A stretch of 63,266 nt of DNA, counting the filler. It is 12 parts of 12 records of this genome, joined end to end, with 100 filler letters (N's around TTAATTAATTAA, not from the genome) between each part and the next. Parts side by side here need not be neighbours in the genome. Positions count along the whole stretch, not along the records: positions 1 to 3,772 come from SRR15195285_4177; positions 3,873 to 7,676 come from SRR15195285_4180; positions 7,777 to 14,782 come from SRR15195285_4184; 9 more parts are not named here. The stretch is one strand, 5' to 3'. Within the stretch, counting starts at the first letter, position 1. Every line of letters begins with the position of its first letter. Position numbers and translations under genes: made by a program. The notes under the pieces are model-generated. The model did not search any database and was not told the DNA's origin. It saw nothing but the letters and a program-made list of their open reading frames with translations. Positions 1-11,265 of this stretch are shown piece by piece.

Positions 1-385
1 AAACAAGCGCAATCTCATCTGCAACTGTATTGAATCCTGACTGAGATCGGCCGCCAAAAACAGGTTTTCAGTCCCCCCCCCCAAAAAAATAACAAGAATC
101 CGACGTTCGAGTGCGCGCACCCTCTGTTTCAAAGGAAGGACTTTCGGGATTCTGACAATATTGACAATACACAGCTGTGCGCGCCGCCGGTCCCAGGCTC
201 CAGGGCGTACTATGAATAGAACAGCGCCTCGCGTGCTTGCTGCCCTCCTGGGCTCACCCAGGGGGGCCAGGCGCGCTCTCCGTCCCCTCGTTGCCGCCGC
301 TTGGACGGCTTGAAGGACCCCTCCGGCTGGGGCTGGAGGGGCGTGCCGGGGAGGGCCTTTGGGAGGGGCTTGCGGGGTCGCTGCG

Positions 386-3300
386 ATGAGGCGCCGGTTC
401 GATCGGCGGCCGCTGTTCGCGGCCGCGATGTTGGTGACGCTCATCGATGCGTGTACGGATCGCTTCGCGTACAACTACGGCGCCACGGACGACACGGGCG
501 CGCCAGCCGCGTGCATCGAGGCGGTGCCTGGCTGCACAGACGCGGACAGTGCGAGCTGCAGCAGCCTGAACAGCTGCCTCGCCGTGAACGTCCCGGACGA
601 CGGCAGCTGCCTCAGCGCCTGCGATGCGGACCCCAGCTGGACTGACAGCGACGGGGATGGCTGCAATGCCTACCGTGTTGGGTCGTGCGGCTTTGAGGAC
701 TCGATGCGGGCGTGCCCTATGCTCTGCGGTGGCTGCGACTCAGGTGTACGGCTTGGCTGCGATGGCGTCCCGGGCAGCGGCGCAGCGGTGGACTCGTGCG
801 GCGTGTGCGGCGGTGACAACACTGTTTGCGCATCATGCTCCAGCTCGCTGGACCATTTCTGCACGCGCACTGTCAGCGTGCAGGCGAGCGTCGGTGCTGG
901 GAGTGTTGCGGCCTGCGAGCAGTCCATGGCCGGAGCTGGGGGTTTCGCCGTAGTTGGCAGCGCGCTGCTGCGCGCTGCTGACTGCGGCAAGTCGTACGCT
1001 GGGTTCGAGATCAGCGGCTACGACAGCGAGGCGGACTGTGTTGCGGCTATCTTAACGAGGGCTGAGTGTTCGGGCGAGACTATGAGCCCGTCTAGTGCGG
1101 CTTGCACCCTGCGGCAGCCGTCATTTTCTGCGGCCGTGTGGGCGCTGTATTGCCCCGCCACTGCGGTGGATGACGCATGCGCTGCCACACACCCGGACGC
1201 GGACTGCACATTTACGTCTGGCGACGCCAGCTCTTGCGGCGATGGCTGTGTGTATGCGGCTGCACCGGAAGCGTGTGAGGTGGTTACGTGCACGTTTACA
1301 TCCGGAGAACCCGGCAGCTGTGGCTCTGGCTGCACTTACACAGAGGCAGTGTCCGCAGCTCCGTTTCAGCGGAGTGTCTTGGTGTGTGCACCAGAAGGCC
1401 CGCACTACTCGCTCGAGGTTGCACTGTCGCTCGCAAACGGGCTTTTCGGAAGTGAGGATGGGGCAGTGCAGAGCTGTGCGCCCGAGTGTCTATACGACCT
1501 GGCCAATCCTTCGCAAGGGTGGAGCTGGGACAGCGTGGATGGGTGCTGGGCTGTCATTGAGTCAAGCAGCCATGTGTGTCTGAACTCGAACGCCGCGCGC
1601 AGCGCCGCGGAGGGGCTAGTTGACGGGCTGTGCCCGCGTTCGGCTGTGCTGAAGGGCCCTGCCACCACATTGATCCGATACAGCGCAGATGACGGTGGTG
1701 GGACGGCAGCAGACCCTGCCTCAAGCACTGGTGGTGACTGGGACAAAAGTGACGGCAGGGATCACACAGTGGGTAACTTTGCGGACAATTGTGCAGCGCT
1801 AGAAACTGCAAATGCCCGTGAGCTTTGCAATGATAACGTGGCAGTGGGAGCAACGGTGTCAAGTGGTGAGCTTGGCTGGAGTGTCGAGGATGCCAGTAAA
1901 TCTGTTAGCCAGAAGCATGCGATTTACTTCAAGAAGATAACGGGGAAGACCCGCGACGCTGCTCGTGCTTGTGGCTGGAGAATGCGCTTCAAAGTTCACG
2001 TGACCTCGGTGTCGTCTGAAGTCAGTGCCTTCGACTTCACGCACCACGTGATACTGAAGCTAGATGCTCGGCGTCGCTATGCGTTTTTTCTAGGGTTGGA
2101 TGCAGACGGCGCAACGTTCATCAAAACCGGAGCTTTTGATCGATACACTGTGCCCGGCGCTGGTTACCATGACTTTGACGTCACCTTCGACCCCGAGGTG
2201 GCTGCTGGGGCTCGCATATACGTGGACGGGTCTTCCGCGATGCTGAACGCAGAGCCGTATCTAGAAGAAGGATCGTCTGCAGGTGTCCCGCAGGCGGTAC
2301 AGTTCGGCTCCTCAGCCTCATTTGCAATAGGCGAAGCCGAATTCAACTTGGTAGAATGGGAGTTGCTCGACCGGCCAGCCTGCCTGGACCAAATTGGCAT
2401 GTATCAGGGTTGCCTGGATTCACGATACGCTAATTACGATCCGATCGCTGGCGTTCAGCCCACAGAAGAGCACTGCGTAGACACGGTGCCACCTGTACTT
2501 ACTCTGGTAGGCGATTCAGCGATGACGATCGTGCAGTTCGAGGCGTTTGTCGACGACGGGGCAACAGCCGATGACGTAGTTGATGGTGCACTAACTGTAG
2601 ACGTGGAGGGAGCAGTCCTGAGCAGCAGGTTCGGCGTATACACGCTGATGTATACGGCGTCTGACGCGGCAGGCAATACCGTTAGCATGCAGCGAACCGT
2701 GACGGTTGTCGAGTTTGATGAATGTGCGAGCGGTCCATGCGGAAACGGCGCGATCTGTTCTCAGACAGCAGCTCAGTCTTGGTATACCCGTGCGCAACAG
2801 GCGTACATTTGCTCGTGTCCAGCTGGATGGGAAGGAAGCACGTGCAGGCAAGATGTTGACGAGTGTTCCAGCAATCCGTGCGTTAACGGTGGACAGTGCA
2901 CCGAATCTTTGGGTGGTGCACGATCAGATAGCGTCTGCGGTGCCGTGGGCTTTGTCGCTTGCGGATCAGACAGTGGCACCATTTCCTGCGTTCCTGAATA
3001 TTATCGGCTAGATCTTACGGAAGCGGAGTACAGCCAAGGTTGTCGCATAGACTGGGATGCCTGGCTACAGCCTGGCTGCAGCGTGCCCGTTGACGAGTAC
3101 ACCTGCTCGTGTCCGGCAGGTTTGACCGGAGAGAACTGTGCTGTGGACGTGGACGAGTGTCTCAGTGCGCCGTGCTACCATGGTGGAATCTGTTACGACT
3201 CGGATGAGGAGTGTTTCCTCCCCACAGCGTTCTCAGGCGCTATAGACTGTTCAGCCGTGGGTCTTGTCAATGGTGGATTGAAAACGTGCGCTCCACGGCA

Positions 3301-3772
3301 GGTTGTTTCGTTCGACGCATTCGCGTGCCAATGCGCCGCCGGATACGAGGGCGCTCTTTGCACCATTGATGTTGACGAGTGCCAAAGCTTGCCGTGCAAA
3401 AATGGTGGAACTTGCATCGAGTCCAGTTGCGACGATCGTGGCGAAGATGTGCCAGGCGAGTGCATGCCGCAAGCAATTGAAGCTGATGCATTTGCATGCA
3501 TCTGTGCAGCTGGCTGGGAAGGCGAAACGTGCACAGTTGACACCGATGAATGTGAAAGCAGCCCATGTAGCCATGGTCTGTGCCTGGAATCTTCGCCAGC
3601 CTGTCGTGCAGGCGTTGTTGACACGTCCAGCTGTTCTGCTGTGGGTATGCAAGACTGTGGTGGTGGCAGCTGTGTCGCATTTGGTAGTTTCAGTGTCGGA
3701 GTGGACTCCTACAGTTGCTCGTGCTTCCATGGATATCAGGGGGAGCACTGTGATGTAGACATCGATGAATGT
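386..3772 (+). CDS. Secreted/surface Cys-rich protein: GCTD-type repeats, ADAMTS-like Cys motif, sialidase-type lectin domain, DUF5011/HYR-like Ig domain, multiple Ca-binding EGF repeats (3' truncated)
   Basis: ATG at 386 followed by hydrophobic LFAAAMLVTLIDA. Contains GCDGVPGSGAAVDSCGVCGGDN; PPVLTLVGD...YTASDAAGN...RTVTV (~2480-2710); and repeated DVDECxSxPCxNGGxC...CxCxxGxxGxxC from ~2715. ORF runs into the linker. Confidence 0.85.
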
Positions 3773-3872
3773 NNNNNNNNNNNNNNNNNNNNNNNNNNNN
3801 NNNNNNNNNNNNNNNNTTAATTAATTAANNNNNNNNNNNNNNNNNNNNNNNNNNNNNNNNNNNNNNNNNNNN
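3773..3872. other. Artificial contig linker
   Basis: 44 N + TTAATTAATTAA (stop in all six frames) + 44 N. Confidence 0.99.
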
Positions 3873-4152
3873 AAACCCACGTGTTGGTTCGGGGAAGGAT
3901 TATCTGGCGGCGCACTAACCACGCGTGCAAAGACCTTGTACGAGCTCCCCCAAAACGCTGAGAAAGCTACATAGGAACCACATGAATTGTACGCAGCGTA
4001 TTGAGTGCAACCGATTTGCACGACTCGCAATGGTAGAAAATGGATGCTTGAAATGCTTCGAAATGCTGCAAAACAACATCTTTGTAGCGACCAAACGAAA
4101 AGGCCTTTGCGCCAACTTTGATTTCAGGGACTAGGATTTCCACCACCCACCC
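3873..4152. repeat. Putative dispersed repeat fragment at contig end
   Basis: AT-richer non-coding block between the contig break and the GH78 stop. Only one copy in the window, so repeat status is inferred. Confidence 0.3.
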
Positions 4153-4163
4153 ACCTCCAGATC

Positions 4164-7100
4164 TCAGAGACTGGTGGCTCCGAAGGCAAAGCCTCCGTTC
4201 AAGACAGAGAAACGAACACCGTTTGGCTCGTCGACTGCGCCCAAAATGCCTGCCATTCTCGCTCCACCACTGCCGACGAGATGCGTTCCGTTCCACAACG
4301 TCCCCCCATTGAGAGCAACTACGCTGCGAGCAACCCGCTGCCCAGCATCATCGAACGGTTTCGGTACAAGCACTGTCGCACGCTCAACGCCAATAGGTAG
4401 GCTGATGTTCAAGAAGATCACGGCACCGTGTTGGAGCAGCTTCCATGACGAGTGAATCTCGCCTCGGGAGGACAGGAACGTCGCGTTCGTGGATGTCGGT
4501 CCAAACTTGCTGTGCACATTTGGGGCAATGCGCACAGTTGCGAAAGCAGGGGACGTGAGTGTCAGCCCTACCTCGTGCTTCCACATCCATTCCCCGATTC
4601 CACCACATAGGAAGATGTGATTTTGTGTGCCAGGATGAAATGTGACGTTTGCGCCGTTGACACCTGCCGTGGACCACGGCCAATTCTCGAAGCATGTGGT
4701 AGCTCCAAGGGACCACCAGTAGCCCCAGCTCGGCTCATTGGTCGTGGTCGCAATACGCAAGGCGATGTCGTGCAGACCATACTCGCTCAACACATTGAGC
4801 AAGATCTTGCTTGTCACAGCACCTACATTCGGTGTATAGAGGGTGCGCTGAGTAATGTCCTGCGTATTCAACATTGCGATCATGCAACACCGACGTGCTC
4901 AGCTAAACAGTCGAGAGCACAGTGTGTCAGCACCAAGCTCAAAGGCACAACTACATTTGTAGAACGCACATTCTCTAGTGTCGCTAAGACAGTATCCAAC
5001 AACGAGGCTGGTGTAGCACGAATGTACAGCGCAGGCAAGGACAGCGACTGTGTCGCACCAAAGTCTCCGCCGTACGCATTGAAACTAGGATTCCAGAAAA
5101 TGGTGTGGAAATCTGCTGTGGCAGTCACTGCAAGCCTCTGGTACCGATCAGATTCAGACAGCTTGCCCAGGACCCGCGCCATCTGCGCCATCGCCTGGAG
5201 CGCTTTCACGTAGCTGAAACCACCCATCTCTTTTGCGACTGGACATGAGCTGTTTGCTGGGATTCCGGTGCAACACGAAACTTTCGGAAACCCATCCTTA
5301 TTGCAGAGCCAATCTTGATAAGTGTCGCATGTGCTCAAACCTGCTGGAGCACTGGTGTTGGAATGCAATATTAGGTTCTCCATGTATCGGGTCAAGCTCG
5401 ACCAACTGCTCGCCACGATGCTGCGGTCACCGTAGTAGTCATACAGCATGCCCACAACCCGTGGATATGCCGACGTCCAAGCGATATCGGTGCACGAATC
5501 GTGTGGAGGATTAGTAGACGCAAAGAAGTTGCTTTTGCCCGGGATCTTTGCTGGCAAATCTCCACCTGGGCTTTGATTCTCCTCGATGCTCTGCATAAAG
5601 GCAGTCTGCACCGCCAGCATATCAAAATTCATCATTCCTTGCTCAGATGCGTCAAGAGCATCGCCAAGCCACCCCCGCTTCTCGCGTGTCGGACAATCTG
5701 TAGGCATGTAGGCGGCGACGTTTGTACGCTGACTCTGCAGGGTCATGGAATTGATGCCGTTCAGCACCGCCGCAGCTCGCTCGCTTATGCTACCAGCGCG
5801 ACCGTCCCCACCGAAGTTGATCCATCCAGTCTGAGACATGTTTGTATGAATCGCAAGACCGACGATGGAGTCAAGGCTGCCATAAAATCCAGTGTTCCCG
5901 ACGCTAGAGACCCGAAGAAAGTTTATCCCATGCCAGCAAAACAGTGTCGTCACCGGCTTGGTGTTGCCGGCCGCCAAAATATGATTCTCGTTCTGGACTT
6001 TGCCGGCCGCTGTCGGCCACGTGAGGTTTGACAATGCCACATTCGCTAGATCTCCCAGGGCAGGAGGAGACGGTGGAGGGCACGGTGGGTTTCCGCTTGC
6101 ACAGCCACAGTGTCGACACGGAGTCTTGTGGCACACGTCTGTCGAATTGCACCCGTGCTGAGGCGGTGGCGGGGCGTTCGGAGGACTGTCCAGCCATTCA
6201 CCAACCAAGAGGTTGAGTCTGGAACCCATCTCTGCAGACGGAAGAGCATCAACCTTGATTGTCCCGACGAAGTTTAGTGGGAACGTGTACAAAAAATCAC
6301 CGTCGGGCAATTTCTTGACTGAAGTCGGCTTGATCTCTTCAATGATCGTCGACACCGGCATCGCGAGAGCCCTTGCCACATTTGATGGGCCCGAACGGGT
6401 GACATTTGTTGCTGTCCACCGCTTCGGATCAGCTTTGAAGTACGCTTCGCTCCAGCCAGCCTGCTGCTTAGTCCAGTCTATGGTTGTTGTCCACGCTGAG
6501 TTGCTCACAACATAGGACGCAGTCTCAAACCAGTCGCCTTCACCCGAGTGCAAGAACATCGGAGGGCCGGTCGCTTGCTGGATTAACATCAACACCATAG
6601 TCTGCGGGGAGTACATAACGCTGCCAGCTACTACACCAATCGCGTTCGCTGCGCCCGGCTGCGTGCATACAGTCACCGAACGTTTGCTTTCACGACAAGC
6701 GAGCCAGACATAATTGTGCAATCGTTGCAGAGTGCAGGGCCAGGAGAGAAATTGCTGCTCCTACCTTCAGGAGTCTCGAGATGTTGTGTGTCATGTAGCG
6801 AACATTTAGACTTGCCGATGGATTAGCGTCTAAATTTGGTGCTACAGACCAAGGACAGATGCCCATCAGATTGGGCTGTGGTACGGCGCCGTTGATCTCA
6901 ACATGGGCGCACCCCAACGCAGCCACATAGGCACGCGCCCAAACGACTTGAGTGGCAACCGGCAGCACAAATGTCCGCCTGTACTGAGTTTTGGAACCCT
7001 GTAACCATGCGGCACCACGCCAGTCAGTCGTTGCCATAGGTCCTGTCTCAAAAGTGGCTCTGGCTGCAGCAGAACTACCGAAGGTACCGGACGCAGTCCA

Positions 7101-7466
7101 TTCAGCTGTCCATTCATATCGGGTGAACGCTATCAGCGCCCGGCCCGCATACAGAATTTGGCTGCAGCTTGTGCTGTTCACAGTCTTGGAGTCCCACATC
7201 AGATCAGCATCGTCACTACCGCCAGCGACGTCCCTCAGTTTTCTGACGGTGATGCGGTAGCTCGTCTGCGTGATGCCAAACACGCCCGCAGCACCTACAC
7301 CGAGCTTGCTGTGTAAGAACGAGAACCGTGGCACGGCGTCACTGATGACTGCGACCGCCGGCAGCAAGCCATTGACCTTCAAGCTATGCGGCGCCTCGAG
7401 CTCTGCGCTTTCTGTGAGTGCCAGGGAGGATAGCGCTAGCAGCGCCTTGCGCATCGCGCTCATCAT
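4164..7466 (-). CDS. Alpha-L-rhamnosidase, GH78 (3 exons; introns 6659-6764 and 4860-4969)
   Basis: Signal peptide MMSAMRKALLALSSLAL. Motifs PRFSF, RAYVAALG, FCWHG, PTDCPTREKRGWLGDA, PSWGYW..GATTCFENW, NHIFLCGG. GT-AG splicing joins LLK|PGAAN and TLEN|DITQR in frame. Confidence 0.93.
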
Positions 7467-7676
7467 ACGTACCACGCACGTGTGCGTGGTACCGACGCAG
7501 CTGTACGCGTGTACGCCGGCCGCGGCGGCGGCGAGATGCGGCTATTAGCTAGCTACCTACCGGAAAGGTAGACTATCATCAGTATTCATCCTATACTGAG
7601 GTTTGAGTTGGAGGTGTGTGCCTTCGTGTGGGAAGAGGTCGCGTATTTGAGAGGAGTGCCCAGGTTCTGAGTGGTC

Positions 7677-7776
7677 NNNNNNNNNNNNNNNNNNNNNNNN
7701 NNNNNNNNNNNNNNNNNNNNTTAATTAATTAANNNNNNNNNNNNNNNNNNNNNNNNNNNNNNNNNNNNNNNNNNNN
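7677..7776. other. Artificial contig linker
   Basis: N44-TTAATTAATTAA-N44. Confidence 0.99.
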
Positions 7777-8029
7777 TTTCCTCAATCTGGGCACTTGGAC
7801 AGATATTGCACCCGTAGGATTCCTACGCCCGTGATGGCGCCCGCGCCCCGCGGCCGGCGCGGTGCTCTGGCCGTGGGCGCGCGTGCCGCCCGGCGGGACC
7901 GACGCGACGGACGGTCGGGCCAGCGGTGGCGGGGGGTGATGTAGAGAGCTCACAGCAGTGCGCTCAGGTGCTGCGGCAGGCATCAGGACGGAGCACGGAC
8001 GGACGGTGGGTGGAACTGCTTTGACGACG

Positions 8030-9586
8030 ATGGCGAGTCCGATGGCGCAGCAGGCGATGGGTCTGGCCAGCAGGACTTCGAGTCTTGCGACGCCCCAGAG
8101 TAGGCCTACCCGCAGACCAGCGGCGAGCCCTCGGGTCAAGGCGGCGTTGCAAGATCACGCCATCGCGGAGATCGAGCACGCGGAGCACGTGGAAGCGCTG
8201 CAGCAAGCCCACGCCCTCGCGCTGGAGAGGAAGGATGCCCAGCACTCCCATGAGCGCGAGAAGGCGAAGGTCCTGGTGCTGCACGCCGAAACCCAGGCCT
8301 CGATCAGAGCACGGAAAGAAGAGCTCGCTGCGCAGCACGCGCAGAAAGACCTCGCGGCAGAGCACGAGCGAGAGCTGGTACGGTTGCGCGCCACGTTGGA
8401 GCGCGAGTACGAGCGGAAGGAGGCGGACTGCAAGGCGAAGCTGGCCGCGGAAACTGCTGCACTCAGGAATTGCACATTGGAGTTGGAGGAGAAGAACCAA
8501 GAGGTGGAGGTGCTGCGGGGCACTGTCCAGGCTGTCCAGGCTGAGCATAGCCTCGAGCTGGCACGACAGCAGGTGCGACCACACGCGCGCTGATAAACCC
8601 AATCTGATGCTGTCCGTACACTGAATTTCTTGCATGTCACGGTGCAGCGCAAAGCCGCTACGGTCGCCGAGCAGCTCCGTCAAGAGAAGGAGGCTGCGAT
8701 CATTCTCGCAAAAGATGAAGCCGAGCGCCGCATCCAGGAGCAAGCAGATGCAGCACAAGCCAAGCTTACCGCAGTCAAGAAGCAACTCGACGCCTTAAGG
8801 TAAGCTCGGCGATGCTCATGGTTAGTGCGTCAGCGCACGAAAATGCGTTTGTGCTTTGCCTCGCATGTCGCCTGTGGTCCATGGAAGCGATCTCTTGCCA
8901 GTTTACACGTCTGGTCAGTGCGTAGATACTTCCCCTCGGCAGCTTTTTTTTTGACAGGAATTTGTCGTTGTCGTCGCGACAGGCGTGAGGCTGAGATGCA
9001 AGCACACGAGGCTGAGGTCCGCTACATGGCCTGCTCATTCTTGCTGTGGATTAGCAAGCACAAGTGTTCTGCACGGGTGCTCACATTCGCTCGCTGTGCA
9101 GGAACGCGTGGTACTGAAACTGCGGGAGTGGATGGAGACCGGCGTCCCGGAGTACGGCCTGTTGTCATTCGGGGAGATCCAGGAGCTTCAGGATGCCACG
9201 CGGTGTGGCCGCCATTACGTGCACACTGTTGTGCAGCGAGCGTTTGCATTTGTCTTGCGTAGGCCTGATGGATTGGGGTCCGTCGTGTTTCATGCCGATG
9301 CCGCATTGCTCATTGCGCAAATCGTCGCGGTCTGTGTGCAATGCTTGATGTATATTGTCGCAGCACGCTCAAGACGGAGCGCGATGAGCTATTGAAAACG
9401 CTCGAATTTGAGCGTGGACATCTTCAGAGGGTGAAGGAGGAGTATGCAAGGACGCTGCACGAAATGCAGCTGAAGCAGCAGGCGCAGGAGGCGGCAGCGG
9501 CGGCGGCAGCATTGGCAAGCCCAACGGCACGGAGGCGCACGAAGTCATCGACGTCAAAAAAGAAAACTCCGCGCTCCCGTAGATAA
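8030..9586 (+). CDS. Coiled-coil protein of unknown function (5 exons)
   Basis: E/K/A/R-rich heptads. Introns at ~8573-8647, 8800-8982, 9018-9101 and 9203-9364 join the exons in frame. Basic C-terminus RRRTKSSTSKKKTPRSRR. Confidence 0.7.
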
Positions 9587-9673
9587 CCTTCAAAACCCAA
9601 AATGCCCATCCACCTGTATTCGAGACCATGATTATATTGGCATACCATGGAGCTTGACGATGTCTTGGTTGCG

Positions 9674-10951
9674 CTACAACTTGGGCACCGAACGAAGAGC
9701 CGCTAGTCTCGACTCTAGCAGCTCGATCTCCGCTGCTTGTGCTGCCGCAGCAGATTCCGCGGACCACGGGCTCAGGGTGATGTGGTCACGAGTCGTAATG
9801 GATTTCACATGTCCATAGCTTTTCCTACACAGCACACAATTGTATTCGAAAGTAGTGTTTAGGGGTCAGATTTGACACAAGTGATATCGTGCTCATCGGT
9901 GAGAGCTTCTCACCCTCCTTGAATGAGCTCCCGCGTCTCTGGAGCAAGCCGAGCGACCACAGCAGGCGGAATGTTGCCAGGATCGCTCGCATTGGATTGG
10001 AAGGACGGCTCGTAGCGGAGGATAAGAAACCGGCGGGATCGATCAGTTGGACGCCATTGGAGTACGCCACTGCAATGGCAACGTGGCGGGGAAACACCAT
10101 AGTACAAAACGCCAACGATTGGACTGAGCACAGAAGGACGACTCATTTGAGCTGACAATGCTCAATCGAGATTGAGCCATTAGCAGCATTATTTTGCCCG
10201 ACTGATATAATTCAGTTGCCGTGTCGGACATTCGGGCTAAGACGCAGTGTTTCAACACGCACTGTGTGAGGTTCTCCGAGCAGAACAGGAAGTCGCCTGC
10301 CTTTGGTGTCAGGTTTGTGTATAGTGGTGATGACTCCGGGTCGATGTTGTCGGGGCCAGCTTCCAGCAAAGCCTCGGGCCTGGAAAAGTTCGACTTATGG
10401 CTGCCGGGAAGAACGATGAGTCCTCCATCACCAGGCTCAACGTCGGAGAGATAGAAGAACACCACCAGCGGGCTGCAGAAGATCTTGCCCTCGCCCTGCT
10501 GGTCGTTTCCGACGGCGTAGCGTGTCCCCCAGGCGCGCCCTTCCCGCGCGCAGTGCAGCCCGGCCGGGTTGAGGTTCTTACCAGGTGGTGGCTTGCGTGC
10601 TGGATCATGTACCTGGAACGAAAGAGTACCGGAGACTAGGCGGGGCTGGTTCGCGGTAAACTCTTTCACCAGCGGCCAGATCGCAGGATGCATCGTCACA
10701 GCCTCCAGAGCTCGGTCAAACGCAAATCCATGCTGGTAGCCGGCAGTCCTCCTGCCGTACTCCGCCGGCGACATATCTGCTGGCTTCGTGACGAACCCCT
10801 CCGGCCTCGCCTCGCCACTGGCGCCACACATGATGCACTGCTCCGCAGCTGCCTGCGCACTTTCGAGGGCGGCGCCGTCGACGGCACCCTTCAGATGGAG
10901 GTAGCCAGTGAGATCGAAGAGGTACCGCTGCATAGGCGTCACGCCACTCAT
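9674..10951 (-). CDS. Phytanoyl-CoA dioxygenase (PhyH) family Fe(II)/2-OG enzyme (3 exons)
   Basis: QRYLFDLTGYLHLKGAV, YLSDVEPGDGGLIVLPGSHKSNF, KAGDFLFCSENLT. Intron 10070-10262 restores LTHGVLQW. Intron ~9825-9913 gives a last exon ending ...RSVPKL*. Confidence 0.88.
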
Positions 10952-11265
10952 CGAGCAACGGGACCGACGCAACCGTTGCCGTACGCCTAAGGCGAAGGAC
11001 GCGCGACGGCGCGCGCGCTCGCGCGCGTCGCATATCCGATATCGATCGATCCGGCCGGCCGCGCACGCGGCGCACCCGCGCGCGGTCCCGCGCGTCGTGC
11101 GCTGTGTGTGATGCGTGCATTCTGTATTCAGGCACATACACTGAATAAGTCACACTAAACTACGAGTGAAATGTGTGCACCATGGTGCACATGCGATGCG
11201 AGCCGGCGCGCGCGCGCGTGCGTGCGCGCGCGACGGACCTCGCGGCCTTGGACTTGGTGACTGCG
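10952..11265. promoter_or_regulatory. Compact bidirectional promoter region
   Basis: ~310 bp between divergent ATGs. Contains CGCGCG runs and the palindromic CGATATCGATCGATC. Confidence 0.55.

Noticed and set aside
4097-4134. AAAGGCCTTT palindrome followed by CTAG as a Helitron 3' end
   Set aside because: CTAG is followed by G rather than T, the hairpin is weak, and there is no second copy.
7964-8785. Long antisense/overlapping ORFs such as 7964-8785(-), 28639-29508(+) and 45207-45881(-)
   Set aside because: Shadow frames of GC-rich coding sequence with no motifs.
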